From positions 5,152,001 to 5,216,000 of the forward strand of contig OZ220733.1 in NCBI GenBank assembly GCA_965116875.1: a stretch of 64,000 nucleotides of DNA. Reading direction: 5' to 3'. The first letter of the stretch is position 1, and each line of letters opens with the position of its first letter. Source of the DNA: Candidatus Latescibacterota bacterium. Its GTDB lineage: Bacteria > Latescibacterota > UBA2968 > GCA-2709665. The notes beneath the pieces are model-generated. The model did no database searches, was not told the DNA's origin, and saw nothing but the letters and a program-made list of their open reading frames with translations. Made by a program: the position numbers and the translations under genes. Of this stretch, positions 1 through 10,544 are shown one piece after another.

Positions 1-255
1 CCGCAGCGAGTAACCGAACCCCGTCAGACCCGCCGGATTGAGTATGACTCCCTGGACGCGCTCCCTCGCCTCGTGGACCCTGTCGACGAGATCGCCCTCG
101 TGGTTGGACTGCAGGAATTCCAACTCGCAGCCCACCTCGCTCGCGCGTTTCTGGAGCCTGGCGTGGATCTCGTCCAGCGTAACGAGACCATAGTGATCCG
201 CCTTCCGTTTCCCAAGCATATTCAGGTTGGGTCCCTGGAGCACGAGTATTTTCAT
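1..255 (-). CDS. aroQ: Type II 3-dehydroquinate dehydratase (3' end runs off window)
   Basis: Manual translation from ATG at 255 gives MKILVLQGPNLNMLGKR...YG..TL...FLQSNHEGDLVD...VILNPAG, matching the GPNLNxLG, QSNHEG and NPAG motifs. Not in the ORF track because it is truncated. Confidence 0.93.
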   Translation of the reverse strand, partial: MKILVLQGPNLNMLGKRKADHYGLVTLDEIHARLQKRASEVGCELEFLQSNHEGDLVDRVHEARERVQGVILNPAGLTGFGYSLR

Positions 256-326
256 GTCGACTTCTCCATTTCCAATCCGAAACGCCGCGTATCCGCGCTC
301 AATCCGGCCACCTTCGGGATCAATTC

Positions 327-1400
327 CTAGAGATATCCCGCGCGGTCATTCCGCAATGCCGACACAACGTCTCTCACGCGCTGCGCCTTGTCGCGCCGGC
401 AGATCAGCAGCGCGTCGGGCGTATCGACGACGACCAGACCCTCCACGTCCACGAGGGCGATCAGTTTGCCCTCGACGCCATACGCCGTGTTGTCTCGTGA
501 ATTCAGATTCAACACCTCGCCGGAGACCAGATTGCCATCGGCGTCCACGGGAAGGATATCCGCCAGCGCGCCCCAACTGCCGATATCGCTCCAGTCAATA
601 TCCGCTTCCAGGGTGGCCACCCGCGGCGCACGTTCAATAACGGCATTGTCTATGGCCACCTCCGTCATCCGGGGATATTCCCGCGCGATGACATCCTGTT
701 CCGACCCGGTGCCCACCGCCTCCTGAATGCGCATCAGAATCCGGTGGAGTTCCGGCTCAAACTGCTCGAACAACGCCAGGACCGTACGCGCCTTCCAGAC
801 AAACATGTTGCTGTTCCAGAGATAGTCGCCGCTTTCAACGTATCGCCTCGCGGTCTGCTCATCGGGCTTCTCCCTGAACCGCGCCACGCTGTACACCGGC
901 TCACCGTTTGCCCGCATGGCAACGCTGCCCTTCCGGATGTAGCCGTACCCCGTCTCCACGCGGGTGGGTTTCACCCCAAGCGTAAAGAGGGCGTCGGGAT
1001 CCATCTTCGCGGCTTCTTCGGCCACGCGAAGCAGCCGGCAGAACTCCCCGGGCCTGCCGATATGGTGGTCGGAGCCAAGGCTGGCCACCGTACAACCGGG
1101 GTACCTGCTTTCGAGAAGTACGCATTCGAGTCCCACTGCGGGTCCGGTATTGCGCAATGCCGGCTCGACGATCAGCCCGGTCCCGGGCAGTTCGGGGAGC
1201 TGTTCACGAACCAGCGCGACCAGGTCGCTGCCCGTTGAAACGTGGAGATTGCGCACGTCCACCAGCGGCCGGATCCGGTGCACAGCCTCCTGCAGCATGG
1301 TGCGTTCTCCCACCATCCTGTGGAACTGCTTGGGCCGCGACGTCCGGCTGTAAGGCCACAGGCGGGTACCGAAACCGCCGGCCCGAATGACGAATTTCAT
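327..1400 (-). CDS. manC: Mannose-1-phosphate guanylyltransferase
   Basis: AGGFGTRLWPYSR..PKQF, EPALRNTGPA, SDHHI, ETGYGYI, FREKP, WSDIGSW; likely start ATG 1400. Confidence 0.9.
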   Translation of the reverse strand: MKFVIRAGGFGTRLWPYSRTSRPKQFHRMVGERTMLQEAVHRIRPLVDVRNLHVSTGSDLVALVREQLPELPGTGLIVEPALRNTGPAVGLECVLLESRYPGCTVASLGSDHHIGRPGEFCRLLRVAEEAAKMDPDALFTLGVKPTRVETGYGYIRKGSVAMRANGEPVYSVARFREKPDEQTARRYVESGDYLWNSNMFVWKARTVLALFEQFEPELHRILMRIQEAVGTGSEQDVIAREYPRMTEVAIDNAVIERAPRVATLEADIDWSDIGSWGALADILPVDADGNLVSGEVLNLNSRDNTAYGVEGKLIALVDVEGLVVVDTPDALLICRRDKAQRVRDVVSALRNDRAGYL

Positions 1401-1930
1401 CGTGTTTCCTGTTTTCCGGCCGAATTCCCGGATACCGGAGGATTCACCCTCACTGCGCGGATGGCGCCGCCGCACGCCGCGTCTTCCACGGCAAGAAACG
1501 GGCCCGGAAACGCGGATTCCTCTGCCTGGAGGGCCAGATTCAACGCATATCTGGCGTTTTCGACAAGGTCCAGGTCATCCACGCGATCCAGGTCGACCCA
1601 CTGGAGCCGCCCTTCGTTGCATTCACGCAACGATTCACGATCGGTTTGCCCCGAAAAGAATACCACGGTGGTGAGGTCGCCGTCTTCTATCCGGGAGAAA
1701 ACGACGCGGATCTCAAGGTTCCGGATGTCCTCCGCTTCGATGCCGGCTTCCTCGCTCACCTCGCGGAGCGCCGCCGCTTCAAGATCGTCCATCTCGCCGG
1801 GTTCCGCCCGGCCCCCGACTCCTGTCCATCGGCCCGGCGCGAACCGCTTGCGGGACCCACGCTCAAGTAACAAAACACGGTTTTTCCGAAACAGAAAAAC
1901 CGTCACATAGACGTTCAGACCCGCACCCAC
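1397..1930 (-). CDS. NUDIX hydrolase
   Basis: Nudix box GG...EPGE...AALREVSEEAGI; CNEGRLQW. Confidence 0.85.
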   Translation of the reverse strand: MGAGLNVYVTVFLFRKNRVLLLERGSRKRFAPGRWTGVGGRAEPGEMDDLEAAALREVSEEAGIEAEDIRNLEIRVVFSRIEDGDLTTVVFFSGQTDRESLRECNEGRLQWVDLDRVDDLDLVENARYALNLALQAEESAFPGPFLAVEDAACGGAIRAVRVNPPVSGNSAGKQETR

Positions 1931-2019
1931 GTCAGCCTCTTATGAGTTTGCCGCCCGGAGATCGGAACGCCCGGGCGTCCGGGTCCCCGGTCGCGCGCCA
2001 ACTCAGGCGTGATCCGAGG

Positions 2020-2895
2020 TCATACACGCACCCCCGCGCCGGATCGCGAGTTCAACAACAGCGAATACAGCCTGGCCAGCGTCTGCCGCATTTCGTTGCG
2101 CGGCACGATCATGTCGACAAATCCGTGCTCAAGGACCTTTTCGGCGCGCTGGGCGCGACGGAGCGCCTCCAGTTCCTCCTCGCCCACCGAACTACCGGTA
2201 ATCCGCTCGCCCGTAAAGCCGATCAACGCATTGGGCTCCGCGATATTGATATCGCCGATCAGGGCATAGCTGGCGGACACTCCGGCGGTCGTGGGGTCCG
2301 TCAGTATGGAAATGAACAGCAGCCCCTCGTCTGCAAACCGCGCAAGCCTGGCGTTGATTTTGGCGAGCTGCATCAGCGAGAGCGCGCTTTCCTGCATCCG
2401 GGCGCCCCCCGATCGACAGATCAGGAGGAGGGGCAGGCGCTCCGTGATACACCGATCGATCAATCGGCAAAACCGCTCGCCCTCCGCCGACGACAGCGTA
2501 CCCATAATAAACGCGGGTTCGTGAATCCCCACGCCCACGCACCAACCATCGATCTTCCCGATCCCCACGCTGACCGCCGCGTCCAGGCCCGTGGCTTTGC
2601 GACCCTCCCGGATCCGATCGGCATAACGCTTGCGATCTTCGAATTGCAGCGGATCGGCGGACTTTACCTCCGTGGCAATCTCCTTGAAGGAGCCTTCGTC
2701 GAGAATATGGTCCAGGTACTCCTTATACCCGATCCTGAAATGCGCGCCGCAGTGGGGACAGATTCCGAACTCCTGCCGGACCTGCTTTCTGTAAAGCGTC
2801 TGGTGGCAACGTTCGCACTTGATCCACAGATTGTCGGGCATTGTCCTGCGGACGAGCGTCTTGATGCCGGACTTCAATCGGTCAAACCAATTCAC
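2020..2895 (-). CDS. accD: Acetyl-CoA carboxylase carboxyltransferase beta subunit
   Basis: Zn finger LWIKCERC...ICPHC, DPLQF, FIMGTL, SGGARMQES, LTDPTTAGVSASYA; probable GTG start at 2895. Confidence 0.93.
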   Translation of the reverse strand: MNWFDRLKSGIKTLVRRTMPDNLWIKCERCHQTLYRKQVRQEFGICPHCGAHFRIGYKEYLDHILDEGSFKEIATEVKSADPLQFEDRKRYADRIREGRKATGLDAAVSVGIGKIDGWCVGVGIHEPAFIMGTLSSAEGERFCRLIDRCITERLPLLLICRSGGARMQESALSLMQLAKINARLARFADEGLLFISILTDPTTAGVSASYALIGDINIAEPNALIGFTGERITGSSVGEEELEALRRAQRAEKVLEHGFVDMIVPRNEMRQTLARLYSLLLNSRSGAGVRV

Positions 2896-3128
2896 AATCA
2901 GGCTTCCTCCGAAATCCGTTGCGTTTTCATTTTCCCGCACCGCCGGAACCGGCTGTGGCGGAGCGCGAAATATACCCGCATTGCCGGATAGACACAAGAA
3001 AATTAACACATCGCAGGCATTTAGACGGCTCCCGTGCCCCAACCTGCGTTTTCACTGCGGCGCGCGTCGTGTCGGCTTCGCCCCCGGTTACTTCCCCGCG
3101 TTCACTGCCGGGTCATATAGATTTCCTG

Positions 3129-3157
3129 TTGACTTGCTTTCGCATATCTTATAGTTT
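3129..3157 (+). promoter_or_regulatory. Sigma70-type promoter upstream of the LysR gene
   Basis: TTGACT-N17-TAGTTT. Confidence 0.5.
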
Positions 3158-3300
3158 TCCCACCGTGATCGACCGATTCAAGCTGCATAATGACCATCTG
3201 TTCGCGCCCATGGTATCCCTCTGCCATACTGCCGCTGCAAACGACCGCCATCGCTGTCACGTCCGGAAGAATTCACCCATTCCGAATTGGGAACCAATAC

Positions 3301-4185
3301 GTGCTGACAGAAAGCCTCAAGGTCTTTTGTGACCTTATAGAAACCCAGAGCTTCTCCAAGACCGCCCTGCTCAACGACGTCAGCCAGTCGGCCGTCAGTC
3401 AGCAACTCAAGAGCATCGAAAGACGACAGGGCCGGCAGCTGGTACAGCGGGAGAAAAGACGGCTCTCTCTTACCGCGGAAGGCGAAATCTTCTACGGCTG
3501 CGCCCGGGAGATCGTCCGGCGCTTCGATGAAATGCAACACCGACTGCAGGCGTTGAGCGGAGAAGTCTCGGGTACCGTACGGCTATCCGCCATTTACAGC
3601 GTGGGCATGATGGAACTGGCCCGGTTTCTGAAAACGTACATCAAGAGCCATCCCAAAGTCAATTTGCGATTGTCGTATGCCCAGGCGAGGAATATCTACG
3701 ACAACGTGGCAAGCGGCCAGATCGACCTGGGGGTCGTCGCCTTTCCCCGCTCCCGGCGAAACGTGGACGCGGTCCCGTTTGCGGAAGACCCGATGGTGGT
3801 GATCTGCTCCGTATCCAACCCGCTCAGCGTGCGGCCGAGTGTCAGCCCGGGTGAACTGGCCGAACTGCCGCTCATCCTGTTCACGCCCGAATTCCCTACC
3901 AGGACGGCGGTCGACCGGTACTTCAGGAAACACGGCGTGACCCTCCGGCCGGTCATGGAACTGGATCACATCGCCACCCTGATCCACGCCGTCGAGGTGG
4001 ATCTGGGAATCTCCCTGGTGCCTTCATCGGCGCTGCGACAGGGCCGCTTCAAAGATACCCTCAGGGCGCTTCCGCTTCGGGGAAAGCCGTTGATTCGCAC
4101 GCTGGGCGTCCTTCAGCGCAAGGGCCGCAGTCATTCCATGGCCACCCGAAGACTGTACGAAACGCTGACCCGTACCTGTCCATAA
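3301..4185 (+). CDS. LysR family transcriptional regulator
   Basis: HTH LKVFCDLIETQSFSKTA...SQSAVSQQLKSIE...LTAEGE followed by a substrate-binding domain; probable GTG start at 3301. Confidence 0.92.
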   Translation: MLTESLKVFCDLIETQSFSKTALLNDVSQSAVSQQLKSIERRQGRQLVQREKRRLSLTAEGEIFYGCAREIVRRFDEMQHRLQALSGEVSGTVRLSAIYSVGMMELARFLKTYIKSHPKVNLRLSYAQARNIYDNVASGQIDLGVVAFPRSRRNVDAVPFAEDPMVVICSVSNPLSVRPSVSPGELAELPLILFTPEFPTRTAVDRYFRKHGVTLRPVMELDHIATLIHAVEVDLGISLVPSSALRQGRFKDTLRALPLRGKPLIRTLGVLQRKGRSHSMATRRLYETLTRTCP

Positions 4186-4472
4186 ACCGCTGCAAAAAGC
4201 CTGAATGTGGGTAGAGGTGAAACGGTAGAGGGTAGAGATTGCCCGCCTTGTGAGGCTTCTTTTCGTGCCGGAGGCAAGGAGGGATCAATTAGCTGGCAAG
4301 GATATCTTCTACCGTCTTACGTCTCCCGTCTACCCGCTTCAAAGGGTCCGGGGGGAGAGGTCCCCTTCACGACCAGTGACCCGGTTAATCCCGGTAATCC
4401 GCCTTCTAATCGCCTTTATTAACTGACACTTATTTGAAATAACGTCCACGAGAACTTACGAATCAACGTTAA
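4186..4472 (+). mobile_element. MITE-like element copy A1 (left end truncated; 127-bp core inverted relative to A2/A3)
   Basis: Shares CAAAAAGCCTGAAT, GGGGGAGAGGTCC and a ~110-bp right arm ending GAATCAACGTTAA with the 8.8 kb and 27.4 kb copies. Confidence 0.75.
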
Positions 4473-4484
4473 TAAGGAGCCCTG

Positions 4485-5045
4485 ATGTCACTACCGGGCA
4501 GGGATGAAGCGTTTCAGCTGTTGTGCGAACACACGAGTAATCCGAACCTCGTCAAGCATATGCTGGCTGTCGAAGCGGCGATGCGGGCCTACGCCAGAAA
4601 ATTCGGACAGGACGAGAATCTGTGGGGCATCACCGGGTTGCTGCATGATTTCGACTACGAAAAACACCCCAGCCCCGAAGAGCATCCGATGGTCGGCGTC
4701 CGTATCCTTACGGAAAGAGGATATCCCGCGGACGTCATCCACGCCATCAAATCTCACGCCACGTACCTGGGTGTGCCCAGGAACAGCCTGCTGGACAGGG
4801 CCCTGTTCGCCGTGGATGAACTCACCGGGTTTATCGTCGCCGTTACGCTGATGCAGCCTTCCAGAAAGCTGGCGGACCTGAAGACCTCGTCCGTACGCAG
4901 GAAGATGAAACAGAAAGGATTCGCGCGGGCGGTCAGCCGGGACGACATCCTCACGGGGGCGTCGGAACTCGGGGTGGACCTGGACGAACACATCGCGTTC
5001 GTGCGTGACGCAATGGCCGGCATCGCGGACGAACTGGATCTATAG
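4485..5045 (+). CDS. HD-domain metal-dependent phosphohydrolase
   Basis: KHMLAVE...GLLHDFDYE...EEHP...IKSH...LFAVDELTG; RBS AAGGAG. Confidence 0.85.
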   Translation: MSLPGRDEAFQLLCEHTSNPNLVKHMLAVEAAMRAYARKFGQDENLWGITGLLHDFDYEKHPSPEEHPMVGVRILTERGYPADVIHAIKSHATYLGVPRNSLLDRALFAVDELTGFIVAVTLMQPSRKLADLKTSSVRRKMKQKGFARAVSRDDILTGASELGVDLDEHIAFVRDAMAGIADELDL

Positions 5046-5060
5046 CAGCCCGTTGAAAAA

Positions 5061-5083
5061 GCCCATCCGCACGCCGGATGGGC
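5061..5083. terminator. Hairpin between convergent genes
   Basis: GCCCATCCG-CACGC-CGGATGGGC with an adjacent A-run (U-tract on the minus strand). Confidence 0.55.
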
Positions 5084-5087
5084 CCGC

Positions 5088-8000
5088 CTACCGCTTCAAT
5101 ACGTAGAGTACCCCGTCCCCGGAAGCCGCCGCGATTTCCGGAAACCCGTCGCCGTCCACGTCCGCCGCGGCCATTGTCAACAGGGGGCCGCCGGTTTTGA
5201 ATCGCGCCAGCGTCCGTCCATCGCCGTTGGCAAGCAGATGCACGACGCCATCCACGGTCCCCGCGGCGACCTCGGGCCTCCCGTCGCCGTCGAAATCGCC
5301 CACGGCAATACAACGCACGACCTCCCCGAGGTCCGCTCGCCATCCAACGGTCCTTCCGTCTCCCTTGATCACGTACACGTTGAAACTCATCGAGGATGCC
5401 ACCACCTCATCCAGCCCGTCCCCGTCCATATCGGCCGTGACGACCTGCGTCACCTCGTCACCCGTATTGAACTGCCAGAGGAGCCTGCCGTCTGCGCCAA
5501 GGGTGTGAATATGCGTATCGGCCCCCGCGAAGACCACTTCCTTCATACCGTCCCCGTCCAGATCACCCGCCGCCGTGGAATTGGTCCGGGGGCCGGTCCT
5601 GGGATGGTAGGACCATCGGATCGCACCGCTGCCGTCAATGCAGTGCCAGCGATGGTATTCCGTTCCGGCAATCACCTCGTCCCTGCCGTCACCATCGATA
5701 TCCGCCGCGCAGCCCTGGGTGGATGAGTGTACGGTCATCTGATACCAGAGCAACTCTCCCTCGTGAGTGAACGCGTAGTAACGCCAGGACTCGGCTCCGG
5801 CGATCACCTCCAGCTTGCCGTCCCCGTTGATGTCTCCGGCAAATACGGTTTTCAGCATTGGTTTTCGGTAATACAAAGGGATTTCATATTCCCACTTCAC
5901 CTTACCCCCTGCGCTGAGGACGTAGACCTTCGTATCCGCGGACCCCGCAATTACCCGCGTCCTGCCGTCGCCCTCCAGGTCCGCGGCCCAAACGGATCTC
6001 ACCTCGCCCCCCGTGCGGAAACGCCAGAGCGCGGCGCCATCCCGCAGCGCACAGACGGACGCGCCCCGGCCGCCCGCCACCAGGACGTCCGATCCGTCCC
6101 GCAGAAGGTCTGCCGCGTACAACGAGAGAAACGGGCCCTCTTCCCCATAGGTCCACAGCGGCCTCAGTCGACCCGTGCGGCCCCGGCCGGGTCGGATCAA
6201 CTCCGGCTGCGACACATTCGAGCGCACCGAACGCGTGGCCGCCCTGCGCAGAGACATCACGGCGTCCGGCGGCACGCGGAACCGATGATCGCCCGCGGGC
6301 AATGCAAAAGACACCATGTCGCCGGAAACGGATGCATCCACGGCCTTTCCGTCCACAGTAACGCCCGAACGCCCACCCGACCACAGGCACAGCCTGGTAC
6401 GCTGCCGGACGGCCGCCCGACCCTCACCCCGAACCGGATCGTACTCCAAGGACACCGGCTGTTCCGAACGCAATTCCACACCTTCCCACGCGACCCCCGT
6501 GCCATCCGCGAACGCGAATCGGGACGGAGAGACCATGAACTGCGCCGCGGCCACGGTGGGACCGCCTGGAATCTCGACCGGTTCGCCGGGTTCTCCGGTG
6601 CCGGCGTAAACAACTTCCTCACCACCGTCAACCCGGACGACGCCATCCGTGAGACGCGTCAACTTCAAACTCCGCGTGGCCGGTTCACTGCCGCAATAGA
6701 GAAGGTTGAAGAACCGATACGTCTCACGCGCCTTCAATCGCACGTCCACGATCTGCTGAAGGATTCGCACCACCGGTTCCGCGTGCGGATATTCCGTCCA
6801 GTTCCTGCCCGTCTCCCCGTCGTCTTCCAGCTTCAGCGAAGGTCCCTTCAATCCCTGGATGAAAAACCGCTCTCCGTCCTGCTCCACCTTCAGACCGCCG
6901 CCGCGCAATGCCACGTCGCCCAGCGTCTGCCAGATCGCTCTGAAACCGAAGTCATCTTCCGACAGGGCTTCCATCTCATCGATCACCAGGAAGAACCGGC
7001 CCCGGTCCCAGAGGATGTTCCGGTGCCAGTCCACTCCGCTGTAGTCGCGCAGCGTGGTCTCGGAGAAGCCCGATCGGTCGAAGTTCGCTGCGCGCTCGAG
7101 CTCCACGTACGGCGGAATCTCGGCGGATTGTCCGTTCCTGAAAACCAGGACGCCGTTGTGAAACTTGGGCAGCGACTTGATATAGTCGCAATCGGCCAGC
7201 CAGATCCGCCGCCGCTGGGTAATGCGGCAAATCGAATTTCCGTCGTAATGTTTGTGCCCGCCGTTCGAGAGCCCGTCCAGGAACAGATATTGCGCCATCG
7301 GATCGTACCCGTCACGGAATACCACTTTATCGACGGTCTTCTTCAATGGCAGATGGTCCTTCCCCTGATTCGACGCGTAATACAGCGGATCCACCGGAAA
7401 GACCTGTGTGCCGTCCAGGTCCGCGGGCTCGACCGGGGTTACCCGTCTGTGGTATTCGTAGGCTGCGAATCGAGGCTCAACCTCCGTTTTCTTGTCGAGC
7501 ATCCACTGATATCGACCGTCGCCCGTCGCAAAAACAGCAGCCCGCAGATAGGGCAGTTCACTCCACCATCCAAAAGGCGAGGCATTGTCTCCATAGGGCA
7601 GCGCATAGCCCAGATTGTCCGTTGTCAGGACGGCATAGTCCGCGGCTTTCCGGGCGCACCCGTTCTCGAAAAAGGTCATATCTCCGCTGGAGAGTGAATA
7701 CCTGGTCAGATGGTAATGGGTCAGCCACTGGTACCCGCTGCAATCTTCGTGTGGCTTGAACGCTTTTGCCTGGTACCGGAAACACGCGTCGGACAGCGCC
7801 AGCCAGGCGTCCGCTTCCGGAATTCCGTAATACTTCCGGAAATAGGCGCCGGCATAGTGCAGCCCCAATGCGGCAAACGTGGTATGGTTGTGCCGCACGT
7901 GAGGAATTTCCATATCGCCCACGTGAGACACGCAATCGCTGACGAATTCGAACAGGATCCGGGTAATCCGCAGCCGGTCGTCGTCGGAGATCACCGGGCT

Positions 8001-8780
8001 TTCCTCTACGAGGTCCCACCCGGGCATCACCTTGTACAGCGCGAAATCCGCATCGAATCCCCAGATGCCGCCGTAGTTGTCCGGATCCGACATCGCGTGC
8101 CGGTACATCCGATAGACGAGGCGTTTGTAGATCTCCGCGTAGACGTCTTTTCCGGTCAGCCCGTACAGGAGCCCCCGCTCGCCGATCCGGCCCCAGAGGC
8201 CCGTATGTTCTCCCCGGCGCAACGCCTCCTCCGCGGCAGCCATCTCCGAATCCACGTCCGGCTCGTCTTCGAGCCCGGGAATCTTCAGCGCGTCGGACCC
8301 GAACCTCACCTCGAACAGAGGTCCGGTCGAAAGCGTGTCCCCCTTTTCCAATTTCGCCGAGAATCGCCTCACCGCGGCACGTACGCCCTCCAGGTCGCTT
8401 CCCAGCAGTCCCACGGCGTTCTTCCCATTCCCCCACGGGTCGTGTATCGACTGAACGAGATATCCCCCGCGCCCCGGATACAGGTCGTCCGCGGGGGTAT
8501 AGTTGTATCCGTAGAGACCGAAGACCACGGGATTCGTATTCACGTTTCCCAGCAGAATGAGATTCCGCTCCGGCGGCGCGGCCGTTTCCGTCACAATGGG
8601 GACATCAGCAGAGGAAAGATCGCGGATCTTTGCCTGCAATTCGGATGCCAGCGCCCGGTAGCGCGCATCTTCGGGACAGACGATGGCCGACGCGGCTCTG
8701 CCCCTGTCCACCAGCACCGTATCCGGGTAGCTTTTTTTCGGACGTTTCAAACTTCCGGGAGACCCCTTTTTGTCCGGCAT
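5088..8780 (-). CDS. Large heparinase II/III-like protein with C-terminal FG-GAP/PQQ-type beta-propeller repeats
   Basis: HNHTT, GGHKHYDGNSI and FHNGVLV lyase-like motifs; multiple DxDGDGxxEVxAG repeats at the C-terminus. Confidence 0.65.
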   Translation of the reverse strand: MPDKKGSPGSLKRPKKSYPDTVLVDRGRAASAIVCPEDARYRALASELQAKIRDLSSADVPIVTETAAPPERNLILLGNVNTNPVVFGLYGYNYTPADDLYPGRGGYLVQSIHDPWGNGKNAVGLLGSDLEGVRAAVRRFSAKLEKGDTLSTGPLFEVRFGSDALKIPGLEDEPDVDSEMAAAEEALRRGEHTGLWGRIGERGLLYGLTGKDVYAEIYKRLVYRMYRHAMSDPDNYGGIWGFDADFALYKVMPGWDLVEESPVISDDDRLRITRILFEFVSDCVSHVGDMEIPHVRHNHTTFAALGLHYAGAYFRKYYGIPEADAWLALSDACFRYQAKAFKPHEDCSGYQWLTHYHLTRYSLSSGDMTFFENGCARKAADYAVLTTDNLGYALPYGDNASPFGWWSELPYLRAAVFATGDGRYQWMLDKKTEVEPRFAAYEYHRRVTPVEPADLDGTQVFPVDPLYYASNQGKDHLPLKKTVDKVVFRDGYDPMAQYLFLDGLSNGGHKHYDGNSICRITQRRRIWLADCDYIKSLPKFHNGVLVFRNGQSAEIPPYVELERAANFDRSGFSETTLRDYSGVDWHRNILWDRGRFFLVIDEMEALSEDDFGFRAIWQTLGDVALRGGGLKVEQDGERFFIQGLKGPSLKLEDDGETGRNWTEYPHAEPVVRILQQIVDVRLKARETYRFFNLLYCGSEPATRSLKLTRLTDGVVRVDGGEEVVYAGTGEPGEPVEIPGGPTVAAAQFMVSPSRFAFADGTGVAWEGVELRSEQPVSLEYDPVRGEGRAAVRQRTRLCLWSGGRSGVTVDGKAVDASVSGDMVSFALPAGDHRFRVPPDAVMSLRRAATRSVRSNVSQPELIRPGRGRTGRLRPLWTYGEEGPFLSLYAADLLRDGSDVLVAGGRGASVCALRDGAALWRFRTGGEVRSVWAADLEGDGRTRVIAGSADTKVYVLSAGGKVKWEYEIPLYYRKPMLKTVFAGDINGDGKLEVIAGAESWRYYAFTHEGELLWYQMTVHSSTQGCAADIDGDGRDEVIAGTEYHRWHCIDGSGAIRWSYHPRTGPRTNSTAAGDLDGDGMKEVVFAGADTHIHTLGADGRLLWQFNTGDEVTQVVTADMDGDGLDEVVASSMSFNVYVIKGDGRTVGWRADLGEVVRCIAVGDFDGDGRPEVAAGTVDGVVHLLANGDGRTLARFKTGGPLLTMAAADVDGDGFPEIAAASGDGVLYVLKR

Positions 8781-8822
8781 GGGCACGTCCTTTCGAATCC
8801 GTCATCTGGCAAGAAGCCGTAT

Positions 8823-9142
8823 TAACCTCAATTCCAAAAAAAAAACTACAGTCAGATTGACCACAAAAAGCCTGAATTCGGGTAGAAGGTAGAGGGAAGA
8901 CGGGAGAAGAAACCCTTGCCCGCGACTCTATTCCTTCTTGCCTCCGGCAGGAGAAGAAACTCCACAAGGCAGGAAATCTCTCCCCTCTATCGTCTCCCGT
9001 CTACCCAATTCTAGGGGGCCCGGGGGAGAGGTCCTGAACACTTCCAGTAACCTGGTGTATCCTGGGTATCCGCCGTTGAATCGCCTTTATTAACGAACAC
9101 ATATTCGAATGAACGTCCACGAAAACTTACGAATCAAGGTTA
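8823..9142 (+). mobile_element. MITE-like element copy A2 (complete)
   Basis: Terminal inverted repeats TAACCTCAATTC / GAATCAAGGTTA with TA at both ends; the right end overlaps the TAA stop of the permease gene. Confidence 0.8.
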
Positions 9143-9835
9143 AATTTCCACGAACTTTTCAAACAGGAACAGTCCGATCAACAGAAAAACCAGCCCGGAG
9201 ACAACCGTGTATGCCATCCATGCGAGGCCGGCTGGAAGACCCGCAGGAAGATCGGACACGAGATAACCGGCCAGTGCGAAATACAGGATCACGCACGACA
9301 CGAACGAAGCGACCGTCACCAGACCCCTCAGCCGTGATGCCGTGTACCTGGCGCCTTCCACGGCCGTAACAATGCCAAGCGTCAGGAACGTGTAACATCC
9401 CAGGAACCCGGCGGTGTATCCGTAAACCGACGCCGTCGTGACACCGAAGAACCCCAGAATCCGAGATACGTCTTCCCCGGGGGCGCGCGCCACCACGGCA
9501 TAGACGCCTGCGCCGGCAATCGAGAACAGCAGAAGGCCGATACTCAGGATCGCGGCGTATTTGCAGAGGCACACGACCGCCGCCCGGACGGGGAGCGCAA
9601 AGAGCAGATAGGTTGTATTGCCTCGCCATTCCCCGTTGAACGAGGAAGCCAGCAGGAATGGCAGGACAGACATGATCGCCCAGAGGGGAAACGCTGAAAA
9701 AAACAGGGCGAGCACGTGCGTTTCAACGGACAACAGGACCCAGCCCTGCACCACCAGGGTGCCGATGGCAAGGATGCCGGATACATTCCTCGCGTCCCTC
9801 AACTCCTTAAAATACAGAGCACAAAACATCTTCAT
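9140..9835 (-). CDS. ABC-2 type transporter permease
   Basis: About 6 TM segments and EWRGNTTYLLFALPV motif; follows the ABC ATPase. Confidence 0.75.
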   Translation of the reverse strand: MKMFCALYFKELRDARNVSGILAIGTLVVQGWVLLSVETHVLALFFSAFPLWAIMSVLPFLLASSFNGEWRGNTTYLLFALPVRAAVVCLCKYAAILSIGLLLFSIAGAGVYAVVARAPGEDVSRILGFFGVTTASVYGYTAGFLGCYTFLTLGIVTAVEGARYTASRLRGLVTVASFVSCVILYFALAGYLVSDLPAGLPAGLAWMAYTVVSGLVFLLIGLFLFEKFVEI

Positions 9836-9854
9836 ACGCTCTTGGCCTCGTGCA

Positions 9855-10544
9855 TCAGGCAACCGCCATTTCGAAGATCTCGGACAGAGACTTCCCGTGT
9901 TCCTGCTGCAATTGGTCCGTCCGACCCGCGGCAAACGTCTCACCGTCGCGCAGAAGCAGGACATCTTCGATAAACGGTTCCACGTCGGATACCAGGTGGG
10001 TTGAAATCAACACCGTCTGCCCGGAATGCCGAAACTGGTTGAAGAGACTGTCCAGTATGCGCCTCCGGGACGGCGGATCGATACCCCCCAGGGGTTCGTC
10101 CATCAGCACCACTTCAGGGGACCACGAGAATGCGGAGACCACCTTCAGCCTTGCCCGCTGTCCTCGCGAGAGGGCGCCCACCTTGCGGTCTTCCGGCAGA
10201 TTCATGAAATCCAGCAGCCTCCTTGCCCGTCCCGCGTCCCAGGTGGCACGAAAGGACGAGAGGAAATCCAGCTGTTCTCCCACCTTCATCCACGAATAAA
10301 ACGGATCGACTTCAGGCAGATAGGATACCACCGGCTTTGTGGCAAACCCGGTCGGGGTCTCGCCGATTTGCGCCCGCCCCCGGGTGGGCCGCGTCACGCC
10401 CGCCAGAATCCGGAACAACGTACTCTTTCCGCTTCCGTTTTCACCCAGCACGCCAAGCACCCTGCCACGAGCCACCGTCAGCGACACGCCTCTGAGCGCC
10501 CACGAACCAGGGTATCTCTTCCATAGGTCTTCGACGCAAACCAT
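9855..10544 (-). CDS. ABC transporter ATP-binding protein
   Basis: GENGSGKST, LSRGQ, LMDEP, ISTH. Confidence 0.92.
   Translation of the reverse strand: MVCVEDLWKRYPGSWALRGVSLTVARGRVLGVLGENGSGKSTLFRILAGVTRPTRGRAQIGETPTGFATKPVVSYLPEVDPFYSWMKVGEQLDFLSSFRATWDAGRARRLLDFMNLPEDRKVGALSRGQRARLKVVSAFSWSPEVVLMDEPLGGIDPPSRRRILDSLFNQFRHSGQTVLISTHLVSDVEPFIEDVLLLRDGETFAAGRTDQLQQEHGKSLSEIFEMAVA

Noticed and set aside
253-329. Genome-wide amber read-through (the manC frame continues past TAG to an ATGA overlap with aroQ)
   Set aside because: ManC homologues normally end at this ...YL position, and other TAG stops fall at natural ends, so there is no support for recoding.
5727-8825. Long opposite-strand ORFs (also 19849-21750, 46606-48411, 55803-57182) and the alternate-frame ORF 52752-54215
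   Set aside because: These are shadow ORFs of high-GC genes with no recognisable motifs.
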